The translations under genes were made by a program, and so were the position numbers. Shown in pieces: positions 21,537 to 32,001 of a DNA stretch of 32,437 bases; position 1 is the stretch's first letter, and each line of letters starts with the position of its first letter. The notes beneath the pieces are model-generated. The model was not told the origin of the DNA. It searched no databases and worked only from the letters and a program-made list of their open reading frames with translations. The stretch is from Octopus bimaculoides (lineage: Eukaryota): the NCBI RefSeq assembly GCF_001194135.2, contig NC_068982.1, positions 127,748,094-127,780,530 of the forward strand. The letters run 5' to 3'.

Positions 21537-22068
21537 GGTCCCAAAATGGCAATAGGCGTGTTTGAATTGATTTTGTGGAACTCTTTTTGCTCCTGGACTC
21601 TGACCTACCATGGTTTTAAGAATTGAACTTTTTGGAAGTACTCTTGTGTGAGGGGAGTAAAATAAACTTTTAAAAAATATTTTTAGTGGATTGATATTTT
21701 ATTTTATCTTAGTTTATTTTGATTTTTTAGTAACATGACCCGCTTTAGAATTTTTATGAATTTTTAGTCGTTTATATTTACTTTTTGATAGGCCATTCTA
21801 TATTTGTATTTTATTTGCATATATATTTTTACCTTCTGTGTTTTTATGTATATGTATATTTTGATATGTTTAAGAACCATGGTGATATTTATATATGATC
21901 AAATGTTTGAGGTATGGTGTTATATATACAGCTGTTAACTCGAATTTGATATTTGTTCTATGATTAATGTTTCTTTATCTTGTCTCATTTACATTTGAGC
22001 ACTTCTTTTTTGCAGTCCTATAAACCCTTTTGCTTCCATAGAAAGAGATAAAAATTATTTTTTGTCAT

Positions 22069-22111
<43 letters not shown>

Positions 22112-22112
<1 letters not shown>

Positions 22113-22420
22113 ATCATCATCATCATTGTTTAATATTCGCTTTCCATTCTCGCACAGGTTGGATGATTTGACTGAGGACTGGTGAACCAGATGGCTGCAC
22201 TAAGATCCAATCTGATCTGACAGAGTTTCTACAGCTGGATGCCTTTCCTAATACCAACAACTCCAAGAGTGTAGTGGGTGCTTTTACGTGCCACTGGCAT
22301 GAGGGCCAGTCAGGCGGTACTGGCAATGGCCATGCTCAAATGGTGTTTTTTACGTGCCACCTGCACAGGAGCCAGTCCAGTGGCACTGGCAACGACCTAG
22401 CTTGAATGCTTTTTACCTCG
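22112..22420 (-). mobile_element. RTE-tailed repeat (same family as 4563-4960)
   Basis: (CAT)n then TTTAATATTCGCTTTCCAT...CAGCTGGATGCCTTTCCTAA...TTTTACGTGCCAC repeats. Confidence 0.88.
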
Positions 22421-22477
22421 TTCAAATGTTTTTTTTTATGCACATACATATGTTTGCATGTGTGTGTGTGTACAATA

Positions 22478-22618
22478 GCCTTCTTTCAGTTTCCCTCTAC
22501 CAAATCCACTCACAAAGTCTTGGTCAACCTAGTGCTATAGTAGAAGACATTTATTCCATATGTTGCACAGCTAGACTGTGGTCAGGACCATATGATTTCA
22601 AAGTGAACTCTTTAACTT
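22478..22618 (-). mobile_element. SINE-A head, diverged
   Basis: GCCTTCTTTCAGTTTCCCTCTACCAAATCCACTCACAAAG...CTATAGTAGAAGACA. Confidence 0.75.
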
Positions 22619-22886
22619 AAACTATGTCTCCTAAAAATTTATATCTTGCAACGCTATTTATTAAAATTGAGATTAAAGGCAAAGTTTATGCATCTGAAGG
22701 GGTATATTGGTTAACTGTTTTTGAAATAATCAATCATCATTGTTAGTTTTTTTCACAATTAAAACCTGGATACTCTATGGGGAGACATTAGTCTTTATCA
22801 TACCAGCTTTCAATAAAGGACTGGTTTTCAAAGAAGAAAATGCTTATCAATAAAGTATCAATTCATGCTCCTTGCCATTGCTTTAA

Positions 22887-23093
22887 CCCTTTTGTTACCA
22901 TATTTCTGTTGAGATGCTCTGTGTTTCTTCCAATTATTTTAAATATAACAAAGAATTTACTAAAATAACTTAGCTATCATTAACATAAATTGTGCCTAAG
23001 GTTTGGTGGAAGATTTTAATTCAAAACTTATGAAAACAAAGCATTTGTACTAGAGAGCCAGAGCCAGTTTTAGCCAGCTTGGTAATGAAAGGG
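22887..23093. mobile_element. piggyBac-type MITE, 207 bp
   Basis: TTAA TSD (22883-86, 23094-97); TIRs CCCTTTTGTTACCA / TGGTAATGAAAGGG. Confidence 0.88.
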
Positions 23094-23099
23094 TTAAAC

Positions 23100-23355
23100 C
23101 AATGCTTCTCAACTATTTTTTATTTATAGGCCCCTTTGATTCATATTTTATTCGGGTGGCCCTTCATGACCATTTGATGTTTTAAAAAATAATATTATAT
23201 TTTTATTATTAAATATTATAAGAAATTGCATAAAAAATGTTTTTTAACACCTTGTGTATTGTAGAAGTACAAACAATTTATTGCACAAACATTTTAATGA
23301 CAAAATTTTATGTGAACCCCCCAAAGGTCGTGTAGACCCTGGTTGAGAACCATTG
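23100..23355. mobile_element. hAT-superfamily MITE, 256 bp
   Basis: TIRs CAATGCTTCTCAACT / GGTTGAGAACCATTG; right TSD CTCTAGAC; left TSD reconstructs to CTTTAAAC once the piggyBac MITE is removed. Confidence 0.8.
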
Positions 23356-24097
23356 CTCTAGACAATGGCAGAAAAATAATACAGATCACTATATTCCTTT
23401 TTGAATCATCTAGACTGTACTGAGAATGAATAGATAACTTTATCATCTGAATCCTTGTGTTTTGTGTGCACCTCATGAATTATTAAAATCTTTATCTTTT
23501 TTTTTTTTTTCAGAATAAAATTAACTAAGAGTAATCTTGCTTTACGATTTTTATGAAAGCACTTAAAAATTTAAAGAGAGTTTATAAGCATAGTAATTAG
23601 ATACAAATTGAGAATGTAAGTAAAATGCTATTAGATATAATCCCCATATTATTGGGAAGAAAGGCAAAACTTTGTCTCAGCTGTAAAAGTACACAAAGCT
23701 TATCTTTTGTTGAAACTTTGATGCTGTTATAATTATTATTGTGAAGAGTAACTACTAATGGTAGAATCTCTTATTATTTTCTTATGTTGAAGAAACCATA
23801 GCAATTATAAGGGATGTAGATTTAATCAAGTTTATATTAATGACAAATGAGGTGCAAGTAGAATTTTCTGTACTTTGTATTTCCTGAATCGATTTATAAT
23901 AACCATTATTATTTATTGTGGTTGTTACACTTGACTTTGCAGTAGAATCTGAAACAGATGCAAATGTTGTAAAAATGGCACTCAGAGACTTAGTATCATC
24001 ATTATAATTATTTTTATTAATCAGTTCAGCATACCTTTGAATAATGACTCTTTTCCCACATGAATAACAAAAAGATTATTTTCCAAGACAATTCTGC

Positions 24098-24146
24098 CGT
24101 TTAACCCATGCTAGCATGGAAAGCGGACGTTAAACGATTAAACGAT
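24098..24146 (+). mobile_element. Short RTE-type 3' terminus
   Basis: AACCCATGCTAGCATGGAAAGCGGACGTTAAACGAT. Confidence 0.8.
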
Positions 24147-25056
24147 CACAGCAAAAAAAAAAACCCAAAAAAAACAGCATTTATAATCCGTCCTAATCAC
24201 AACATGATGGAGAAAATCCTGAAAATTATGAGGATCATGTCGTAAGGGTCTAATACCAAATTAACAGAATATGTTGTTGATTGCAAATAATGGCAACTGG
24301 CAGTCATCTGAGGCTGTTTTAATGCTAGCAATTGTTATATTGCATCATCTAACTTGAGTTCAGTATTTTCAAGTAAGCTTTGATATATAAACATTCTCTT
24401 GTAAACCTTTAATGAGGGCAACCTGTCTACTTTATTCACAATATTCAATGGTGACTACTGCTTTAAAACAACTGTCTCAGCTTATATGTTACGAAGTGTA
24501 AATAAATGTTGTGATAGATTCTGATGCTTGAGGCTTATCTGCTGCCAATATGTAATGGACAAAACCAATATTTTGGGCATTTACTTTAGAGAGACTGTTT
24601 ATTAATGAATGCAGTGAAGGCATTAAATTATGTATATTCATAACTGTTTATTAATAAGAAATTCCTATTTTTCTCTATCATTATGATGTTGCTTAAAAAA
24701 AATCTTGAAATGTGTATTAGCAAAGTGACCACTTTACCTGAGCTTACAAATTAGCTGCAATGATATCAAATAATTTTGACTGTAAAAACATGTCCATTAT
24801 TTTGTGCTTGCCGTTAGCTGAAAGAGTTTGTTTCAGATCGTTTATATATCCTTGTGACTATTACATCACATTTGTATGCAAGATACGTCCTACACTGACA
24901 ATGTAGAAATCAAGCAGAAGTTATTCCCATAACAACGCTACAACTTCTCGTCTTTTATTGCTTGTCTTAAAAAGGATTTTTCTATCCCTGCTTATCGGCA
25001 GTAACAACAGTGGTAGTTGTAATAGTAACAATAGTAATTGTAATAATAATGATGTA

Positions 25057-25256
25057 TTTTTCTAATCTTGTCACAAGGTCAGGAATTTTGAGTGGCTGGG
25101 GAAGTCATTTACATCAACCCCTGTGCTCAACTGGTACTTATTTTATCGACCCTGTAAAGAAGAAAGGCAAAGTCAACCTCGGCAGCTTCTGAACTCAGAA
25201 CAAAAAGCCAGAAAAAATGCCACTAAACAGTATGGTAAAGATTCTGACAGCTCACC
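25057..25256 (-). mobile_element. SINE-B
   Basis: CAACTGGTACTTATTTTATCGACCC...AGTCAACCTCGGC...GAACTCAGAA...CAGCTCACC. Confidence 0.8.
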
Positions 25257-25291
25257 ATATTATTATTATTATTATTATTATTATCATCATC

Positions 25292-25345
<54 letters not shown>

Positions 25346-25587
25346 AATAATAATAATAATAATAATAAACAATAAGAAGAGTGTGGCTGTTATCAAATGA
25401 ACAATATTTTGACACTTCGTGTGTCTTCCACAAGTTCAAAATAATCGTTATTGTTTCTTTACTTTCTGGAGGAGTAACATCAATCCTTAAATATTACCAA
25501 AATGATATTAATAATAATAATAACAATAATGATGATGATGATGATGATGATGATGATGCAGGTGGTGGTGGTGGTGGTGGTGGTGAT

Positions 25588-25636
<49 letters not shown>
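25257..25636. repeat. Compound (TAT)n-(AAT)n and (AAT)-(GAT)-(GGT)-(GAT)n microsatellites
   Basis: Direct reading; about 130 bp of non-repeat sequence lies between the two blocks. Confidence 0.9.
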
Positions 25637-25915
25637 AGCCTAAAAACAGAAACAATCACTATAGTAATAGGCGCATTAGGTATGATTAAAAAACATTCAG
25701 ACAAATACATAACCAAAACACCAGGACTTATGAATATATAAAGTACAGAAAGTAGCACTACTAGGCATCACACACATCCTATGTAAAGCACTTTCAATAC
25801 TGTGAAAATAACAGCACCAAAACAAACCACAACACATACCCAAGGCACACAAATCTGCACTTGGCAGTGCAGAGAAAGCACATGATAAAAATAAGACTAC
25901 TGAATAATGATTATG
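25637..25915 (+). mobile_element. R4/Dong-like (restriction-like endonuclease) non-LTR retrotransposon 3' end
   Basis: LKTETITIVIGALGMIKKHSDKYITKTPGLMNI / YKVQKVALLGITHILCKALSIL* matches the V.IGALG...Q..ALLGT..ILR..L C-terminus; decayed AAT tail at about 25903-25915. Confidence 0.8.
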
Positions 25916-27310
25916 ATAAACTCCTTCATATGAATCCATCAAAATGTCTAACAATTTGCTGAATAAATTACTGCATAGAAAAAAATATTTCCAAATATTT
26001 TATTTTATCATTCAAGTCTGCTGTCATTCCTGTAGCAATTCTTATTTGACTATCAAGTTAGTGCATGCTTCTTCCTCTCCCCTTACTGCATATACATATG
26101 CCTATGGCTAATATTATATTTAAAACTTTACAGACATGCACATATGACAAATTTCACATTTCACAGCAGTTATGTCATTAATGTTTTCCCTGAAGAGATG
26201 AGTGATATAAGTAGGGTGAAATTGCTACACTTAGAAATAGAATCTAGACCAAGACATACCTGAAACTTATGCTCCATCTGCATTATAATAATTAAATATT
26301 TATGTCCACTGCAAAACCAGTCAATATAATTGCAATAGTAAATTGTATATTTCCAGAAAGTAAATATATTTTCTGAACCAAATGTAATAAAATGCTCCTT
26401 GTGTGAAATACTTTCAGAACTTGCTACACATTTAGTTCATCCAATTATGGCTATTTTATTTGCACTTTACATTCATTTTGCCCATGATATTATTATCAAT
26501 AAAGTTATTGATGCTGGAAGTTTTACAAATTTAGCTGATTCTGAAAAGAGCTTTATAGGAGAATGTACAATCTAAGGCCTAATTCTCAAATCAGTTGACT
26601 ATTAAATTCTTCCTTAACAATACAATGATTGGGTTTGGTTCCATGTTGTGAATGGATTTTTAGTTAGTATTACACTAAGTTTAATAATTCAGGATCTCTA
26701 TCTCTGTAGTTTTATTTATATCAAATAAATAACTCATTTGGTATAGGAGTACATTAAAATATTATAACCATTCAGTGTGTTAAGGAAATGTCACCTTGAC
26801 AAAGACATTCCCATGTATCATTGCCAAGTTCAGAAACACATTTAAAGAGCTTCAGTTTTAACAATTTTTTTATAGTGACTGAGAATTAACTGATTGCTTT
26901 ATATTATATAAGATAAGGCAGTGATTCCAAATCTTTTTGATTTAGTGGTGTGCTGGAGATTAAATAAAAAGAAACTGATTTGTTTACTTCACATAGAAAG
27001 TTTTAAAAAATGATGTTTTAAAGTGAAACGTTAGAAAAAATATATTAGAAAAACTAGTATTTACCTGTTTTATTAATAATGCTTCTGTGTAAAAAAAAAT
27101 AAAACTATCATAAATAACATGCTTTTCACGACACTCAAATATTAATATACATTTTCTAAAGCCTTAAATTCTATTTTTAAAAATCCATCATGCACCTAGA
27201 TACTACTTGATAATCATTATTGTGCATTAGCGCACAATAATGCTTCATTTGAGAACTACAGAAATTAGGTGTTGAGTGATTTGTGATAATGTTATTTTAA
27301 ATATTATAAA

Positions 27311-27524
27311 GGTGATGAACTGGCAAAATTAGCACACCAGTCAAAATGCTTAGAAGCATTTCTTCTGGTTTTATATTCTGAGTTCAAATTCTGTTGAGGT
27401 TGACATTGCCTTTCGTCCTTTCAGGGTTGATAAACTAAGTACCAGTTGAGCACTGGAATCAGTGTAATTGACTAGCCCTCTTCCTCAAAATTTCACGCCT
27501 TGTGCCTATAGTAGAAAGAATCAT
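27311..27524 (+). mobile_element. SINE-B
   Basis: GAGTTCAAATTC...TTGCCTTTCGTCCTTTCAGGGTTGATAAACTAAGTACCAG...GTAGAAAGAATCAT. Confidence 0.88.
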
Positions 27525-28260
27525 CAAATATTACATTCTGTAAAGTAAAATAAAAAACTTCCAGAATTAAGACAGGTACTACTTGAAAGAAAGGACCCAC
27601 CTATGCTAATAGAGAATGGAATAGAATGTGCTAAAGCAATAGATACTAAAGAACTGCAAAAGGCCAAAAGCAGTTCACATACACTCCAAACTCTATTTTT
27701 ATTACAACTCACAACCCAAGTAAAACAAAAACATGCAGCATTATCCATTAGAAAATTCTAAGAATGAATAAATCACTTGAGTCATACAAAATAATCAAAT
27801 GTAAAAGATGACAAAAATCCACCCTGCATCCAAAAATACTTACCGGTGCAAAACTACCAACTTCACACTCAATTCCAACAGTTCAAAAGTGTAGCCACTC
27901 TAATTGTGGAACTAGTACCAATCTTATTGACATACATCATATAAATTTAAATCAGGATAAGTTATTACGGTGAAAAAACAATTTTCTTGTTCTTTAAAAA
28001 AATTGCTATATGCCTTCAAATGCATTGGAAGCAGTAAAGAATACAATGAACAAATCAAACACTTTAAAAATGAGATTAACAATTCATCAACAACAAATGC
28101 AAGATCCCTGAACTAGAAAAATCCCACTCAGTGCACATTTGGACACATGTACAACAGCCAAATCTCATAAATTCCTAGTCTTTATCTATGTACAGACCAA
28201 ACACAAATAAATAAAGAGAATTTATTTATTAAAAACTAAAAGTCACGGCAGAACACGCAA
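27525..28260 (+). mobile_element. Decayed Penelope-like element (linker + GIY-YIG endonuclease)
   Basis: Frameshifted translation: LRQVLLERKDPPMLIENGI...TVQKCSHSNCGT(C)...LLYAFKCIGSSKEYNEQ / NTLKMRLTIHQQQMQDP*TRKIPLSAHLDTC. This shows the PLE Cys-rich motif, (G)IY..C..C...YIGQ and R...H. Confidence 0.8.
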
Positions 28261-28840
28261 TAAAACAATCATTAATATTCAATTTGCCATTCACTATGGA
28301 TGTTATCCATGGTTGTATTTTATATCCCTGCTAATGAAATTGATTCATGTCTCTCCTTTTAAGTTCATTAGTTACACTTTGATTTTGGTCATAGCAACTT
28401 TCAGTTGCCTTCATTTCTGAATGTCATATGACATATCTACTGGAATAAAGTTTCGGCACAATCTTCTCACGCAGCTGTCACATGATTATCCTCAACTAAT
28501 CAATCTCTACTTTAACTGATAGGAAACAGAGCCACATTCTCTCAATAAAGACAAATGCTTTTTAAAACAATGGCTAGGAAAGATACAGTTTGTGACACAC
28601 CTCCATATTCCGCATAATGTACACTTTTAAAAATCAACAAATGTGAAACCAGTTAAGCATGTATAAATATCCATATTTTAAAATTTAAATATATCTTTAT
28701 GCATTCTCTGTGCATTTTCAACTTCATTTATTTCTTCTAAACTACTACTTGTTTGGATTAGCAACAATCTATATACATATACATATATATGTGTGTGTTT
28801 ATATATACATATAAGTATGTATGTATGCATATATATATAT

Positions 28841-28880
28841 CCCCCATGCCAGCATGGAATGAGGATCTTAAACGATGATG
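28841..28880 (+). mobile_element. Short RTE-type 3' terminus
   Basis: CCCATGCCAGCATGGAATGAGGATCTTAAACGATGATG. Confidence 0.7.
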
Positions 28881-29037
28881 AGGATAATATATATATCATC
28901 GTCATTGTTTACACAAATACACACACACACATATATATATATAATATATATAATATATATATATATATATGTGTGTGTGTATATGTATATGTATGTATGC
29001 ATGTATGTATGTATGTGTGTGTGTTTGTATGCGTGTA

Positions 29038-29086
<49 letters not shown>

Positions 29087-29157
29087 ATTTATATATTTAT
29101 AGAAATATATGTGCCTGTGTGTGTATGTACCTAGGCATGTGTGTGTAACAATAATGC

Positions 29158-29275
29158 CAGAGGAAGACCGAGGAAGACCAAAGAAAGCTAAAGACAGGGA
29201 AGGAAGTAGTGATGTCATATCTCAGGATATTGGTTTTCACAAACAAGATGACATAGGATCAAGCTTAGTTGAAAT
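29158..29275 (+). mobile_element. Degraded RTE ORF C-terminal fragment
   Basis: RGRPRKT.../KTGKEVVMSYLRILVFTNKMT*D parallels RGRPRKTWDEVVKHDLRTLGLTEAMTSDRD at 9830-9915 and 31720-31810. Confidence 0.6.
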
Positions 29276-29344
29276 TTACTCTATTATAGAAACATCAAAC
29301 CAGTGCAATCATATGAATATGCTGCTATATCTGCAGCTGCTGCT

Positions 29345-29661
29345 AATGACAACTATGATAATGATGGTGAGGATGACAATGGCAATGATTAAGAATATGA
29401 TGATGATGATGATGGCAGCGATGACGACGACAATGACGACAACGATGATGATGATGATGATGATGATGAAATTCATGAATGTTGATGCAGTGGTGATGAT
29501 GGTAATGATGATGATGATGAGGAGGAGGAGGAAGAGGAGGAGAAGCAGGAGCAGGAGCAGGAGGGATAGCCATGATGACGATGACCATGACAACAATGAC
29601 ATTGATGACGATGATTATAATGATGATGATGATGATGATGACGACCATGACAACAATGACA

Positions 29662-29703
<42 letters not shown>

Positions 29704-29780
29704 ATGACGATGATGATGACGATGATGGTGGTGGTGGTGGTGGTGGTGGTGGCGGCGGCGGCAGTAGTGGTGGTGATGTT
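29345..29780. repeat. Long (GAT/GAC/AAT/GAG/GGT)n trinucleotide complex
   Basis: Direct reading; source of the poly-D/M/G artefact ORFs. Confidence 0.9.
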
Positions 29781-30013
29781 TTGTTCTGTTTTATACATCA
29801 TTAATCTCTCTTTTTGCTTTGTCTCAATTTTAGCTGATAATCATTTATAATCTGTTTACCTGTTGAAGTTTATTGTTCTACATTGTTCTGTGTAATTATA
29901 CTATTTGCAAGATGTGTTATATGTTTCAGGCTTCTTAACTTTTGCTAAAGCTAGGAAACACTGGCCATCTTCTACAGTGTCTTTCATATTACAGTGAACG
30001 GCTATATCTTTGC

Positions 30014-30170
30014 CAGGCATGGCTGTGTGGTAGGAAGCTTGCTTCCAAACCACAAAGTTACAAGTTCAGTCCCACTGCATGGCACTTTGAGCAAATATCT
30101 TCTACTAGAGCACCAAGCTGACCAAAGCCTTGTGAGTTGATTTAATAGGCAGAAACTGAAATTAGCCTCC
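30014..30170 (+). mobile_element. SINE-A head
   Basis: TGGCTGTGTGG, AGTTCAGTCCC, GCAAATATCTTCTACTA...GAAACTGAAA. Confidence 0.82.
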
Positions 30171-30351
30171 CATATATATCTTCTATCGTTAACTTGTTTC
30201 AGTCACTGGACTGTAGCCATACTGGGTAAAAAAAAAGGTAAAGTTACTGACTCATAAGGACTGAAGTTCTATATTTAAGAGATGAGAAATTATGTACATT
30301 ATTTACATTATTTACATTTGATGGATATTTGTCCTCATCTTGTTTGTTGTT

Positions 30352-30397
30352 AACACAACATTTCAGCTGATATACCCTCCAGCCTTCATCAGGTGTT
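30352..30397 (-). ncRNA. Minimal type I hammerhead ribozyme, minus-strand copy
   Basis: AACAC-CTGATGA-A-GGCTG(loop)CAGCT-GAAA-T-GTT^GTGTT. Confidence 0.7.
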
Positions 30398-30659
30398 TTG
30401 GGGAAGTTTCGAACCTGGGTTCTCATTCCTAAGGTCCACTGGTGTCATTATATTCAAGCCAGGTGGTATTAGCTCTGAGACTCTACTTCTACACAGGAAA
30501 GTTAGATGGTTTGAAAGACAAGCTAGTTTTTGATGGAGTTTCTCTATATGTCTCCATTGAAGTCTAATGCCGCCTCCACCAAAGCTAATACCACCTGGCT
30601 TGAATATAATGACACCAGTGGACCTTAAGAATGAGAACCCAAGTTCGAAATTTCCCCAA

Positions 30660-30705
30660 GACACCTGATGAAGGCTGGAGGGTATATCAGCTGAAATGTT
30701 GTGTC
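30660..30705 (+). ncRNA. Minimal type I hammerhead ribozyme, plus-strand copy
   Basis: GACAC-CTGATGA-A-GGCTG(GAGGGTATAT)CAGCT-GAAA-T-GTT^GTGTC. Confidence 0.7.
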
Positions 30706-31269
30706 AACAACAAAGAAGATGAGGACAAATATCCGTCAAATGTAAATAATGTTCATAAGGGCTGGTTTCCCAGTGGCGTATATATTCTCCACCTGGACAT
30801 GACGCCAGTCCATTGCAGGATTACTCATTTTTGTCAGCTGAGTGGACTGGAGCTGTGTGAAATGAAGTGTTTTGCTCAAGAGCACGTGTCACTTGATCCA
30901 GGAATCGAAACCACAATCTTGCAATCATGAGTCCAACACCCTAACCACTAAGCCACACCCTCCACGGCCATAGTGGGGCACTGCCTTGAAGGGTTTAATC
31001 CTACTAATTAACTCCAGAACTTATTTTTTAAGCCAGGTGCTTATTCTGTCAAACTGCTAAGTTATGAGGACATAACCAAACCAACACCAGTCGTCAAGTA
31101 CGGTGGAGGTCAAACACAAATACTAAGACACACACATAAACATGTGTGTGTGTGTGCATGTATGGTGTTCTTGAGTAAACCACTTCATCTCACATTGCTC
31201 TACACAGTGTGTGTGTGACTTTTCTTTCTCTTCCTTCAAAATTCTTCATATATATATATGTATACATAC

Positions 31270-31316
<47 letters not shown>

Positions 31317-31360
31317 TAGATAGATAGATATACACATATATATATATGTATGCATATATA

Positions 31361-31922
31361 TCATCATCATCATCATCATCGTTTAACGTCCACTTTCCAT
31401 GCTCGGCCAGCAACACTGGCAGTGACCACACTCAAATGGTGCTTTTTTATGTACCACCAGCACAGGAGCCAGTCAGCAGCTTTGTCAATGATCACGCTTG
31501 AATAGTGCTTTGAACGTTCCGCTGGCATGGGTGCCAATCAGGCAGTACTATCATCAGCCATGACAGCGATTTCACTTGCCTCAACAGGTCTTCGCAAACA
31601 TACTTTATTGTCCAATGATTGAAGGGTACTCTTAAACCGGCTGGTTATACAGCACTGGCATAGGCCACGGTTATGGTCTCACTTGGCTTGCCGGGTCTTC
31701 TCAAGCACAGCATATCTTCAAAGGTCTCGGTCACTTGTCATTGCCTCGGTGAGGTCCAATGTTCGAAGATCGTGCTTCACCACCTCATCCCAGATCTTCC
31801 TGAGTCTACCTCTGCCGCAGGTTCCCTCAACTGCTAGGATGTGACACATTTTCAAACAGCTGTCCTTATCCATTCGCAACACCATGACCATACCAACATA
31901 GTCATCTCTCTTGCACATCACA
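31361..31922 (-). mobile_element. RTE-clade LINE 3' end (ORF C-terminus, 3' UTR, (GAT)n tail)
   Basis: RMDKDSCLKMCHILAVEGTCGRGRLRKIWDEVVKHDLRTLDLTEAMTSDRDL; tail (CAT)n on the plus strand at 31361-31381. Confidence 0.9.
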
Positions 31923-31934
31923 ATACATACATAC

Positions 31935-32001
<67 letters not shown>

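Larger units (their letters stand above)
30260..30752. mobile_element. Foldback Penelope-like mini-element with inverted pseudo-LTRs, 493 bp
   Basis: Arms 30305-30474 and 30583-30752 (163/170 identical), 108-bp spacer, TSD TCATAAGG at 30252-59 and 30753-60, one hammerhead core per arm. Confidence 0.8.
30227..30965 (-). mobile_element. SINE-D (tRNA-like head), split by the PLE at 30260-30752
   Basis: Minus strand: TGGCTTAGTGG (A box), GGTTTCGATTCC (B box), CAGTCCACTCAGCTG, CCTGCAATGGACTGGCGTC; 3' end AACTTTACC-Tn at 30227-30259. Confidence 0.8.
30191..31135 (-). mobile_element. SINE-A tail, split by a nested SINE-D (which itself contains a PLE)
   Basis: CTTGTTTCAGTCACTGGACTGTAGCCATACTGGG | insert | GGCCATAGTGGGGCACTGCCTTGAAGGG...AAACTGCTAAGTTATGAGGAC; TSD about 12 bp at 30215-26 and 30966-77. 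Confidence 0.8.

Noticed and set aside
26190-26225. CTGAAGA...GAAA spacing resembling a hammerhead
   Set aside because: No stem II or stem I pairing.
26419-26578. Plus-strand open frame after TTTCAG (LATHLVHPIMAILFALYIHFAHDIIINKVIDAGSF...)
   Set aside because: About 53 codons with a weak donor; expected by chance somewhere in 32 kb of AT-rich DNA; no phase-consistent neighbouring exon.
29109-29850. 231-aa ORF and overlapping poly-D/M/G/H ORFs
   Set aside because: They are translations of a trinucleotide complex plus a decayed RTE fragment, with no splice or domain support.
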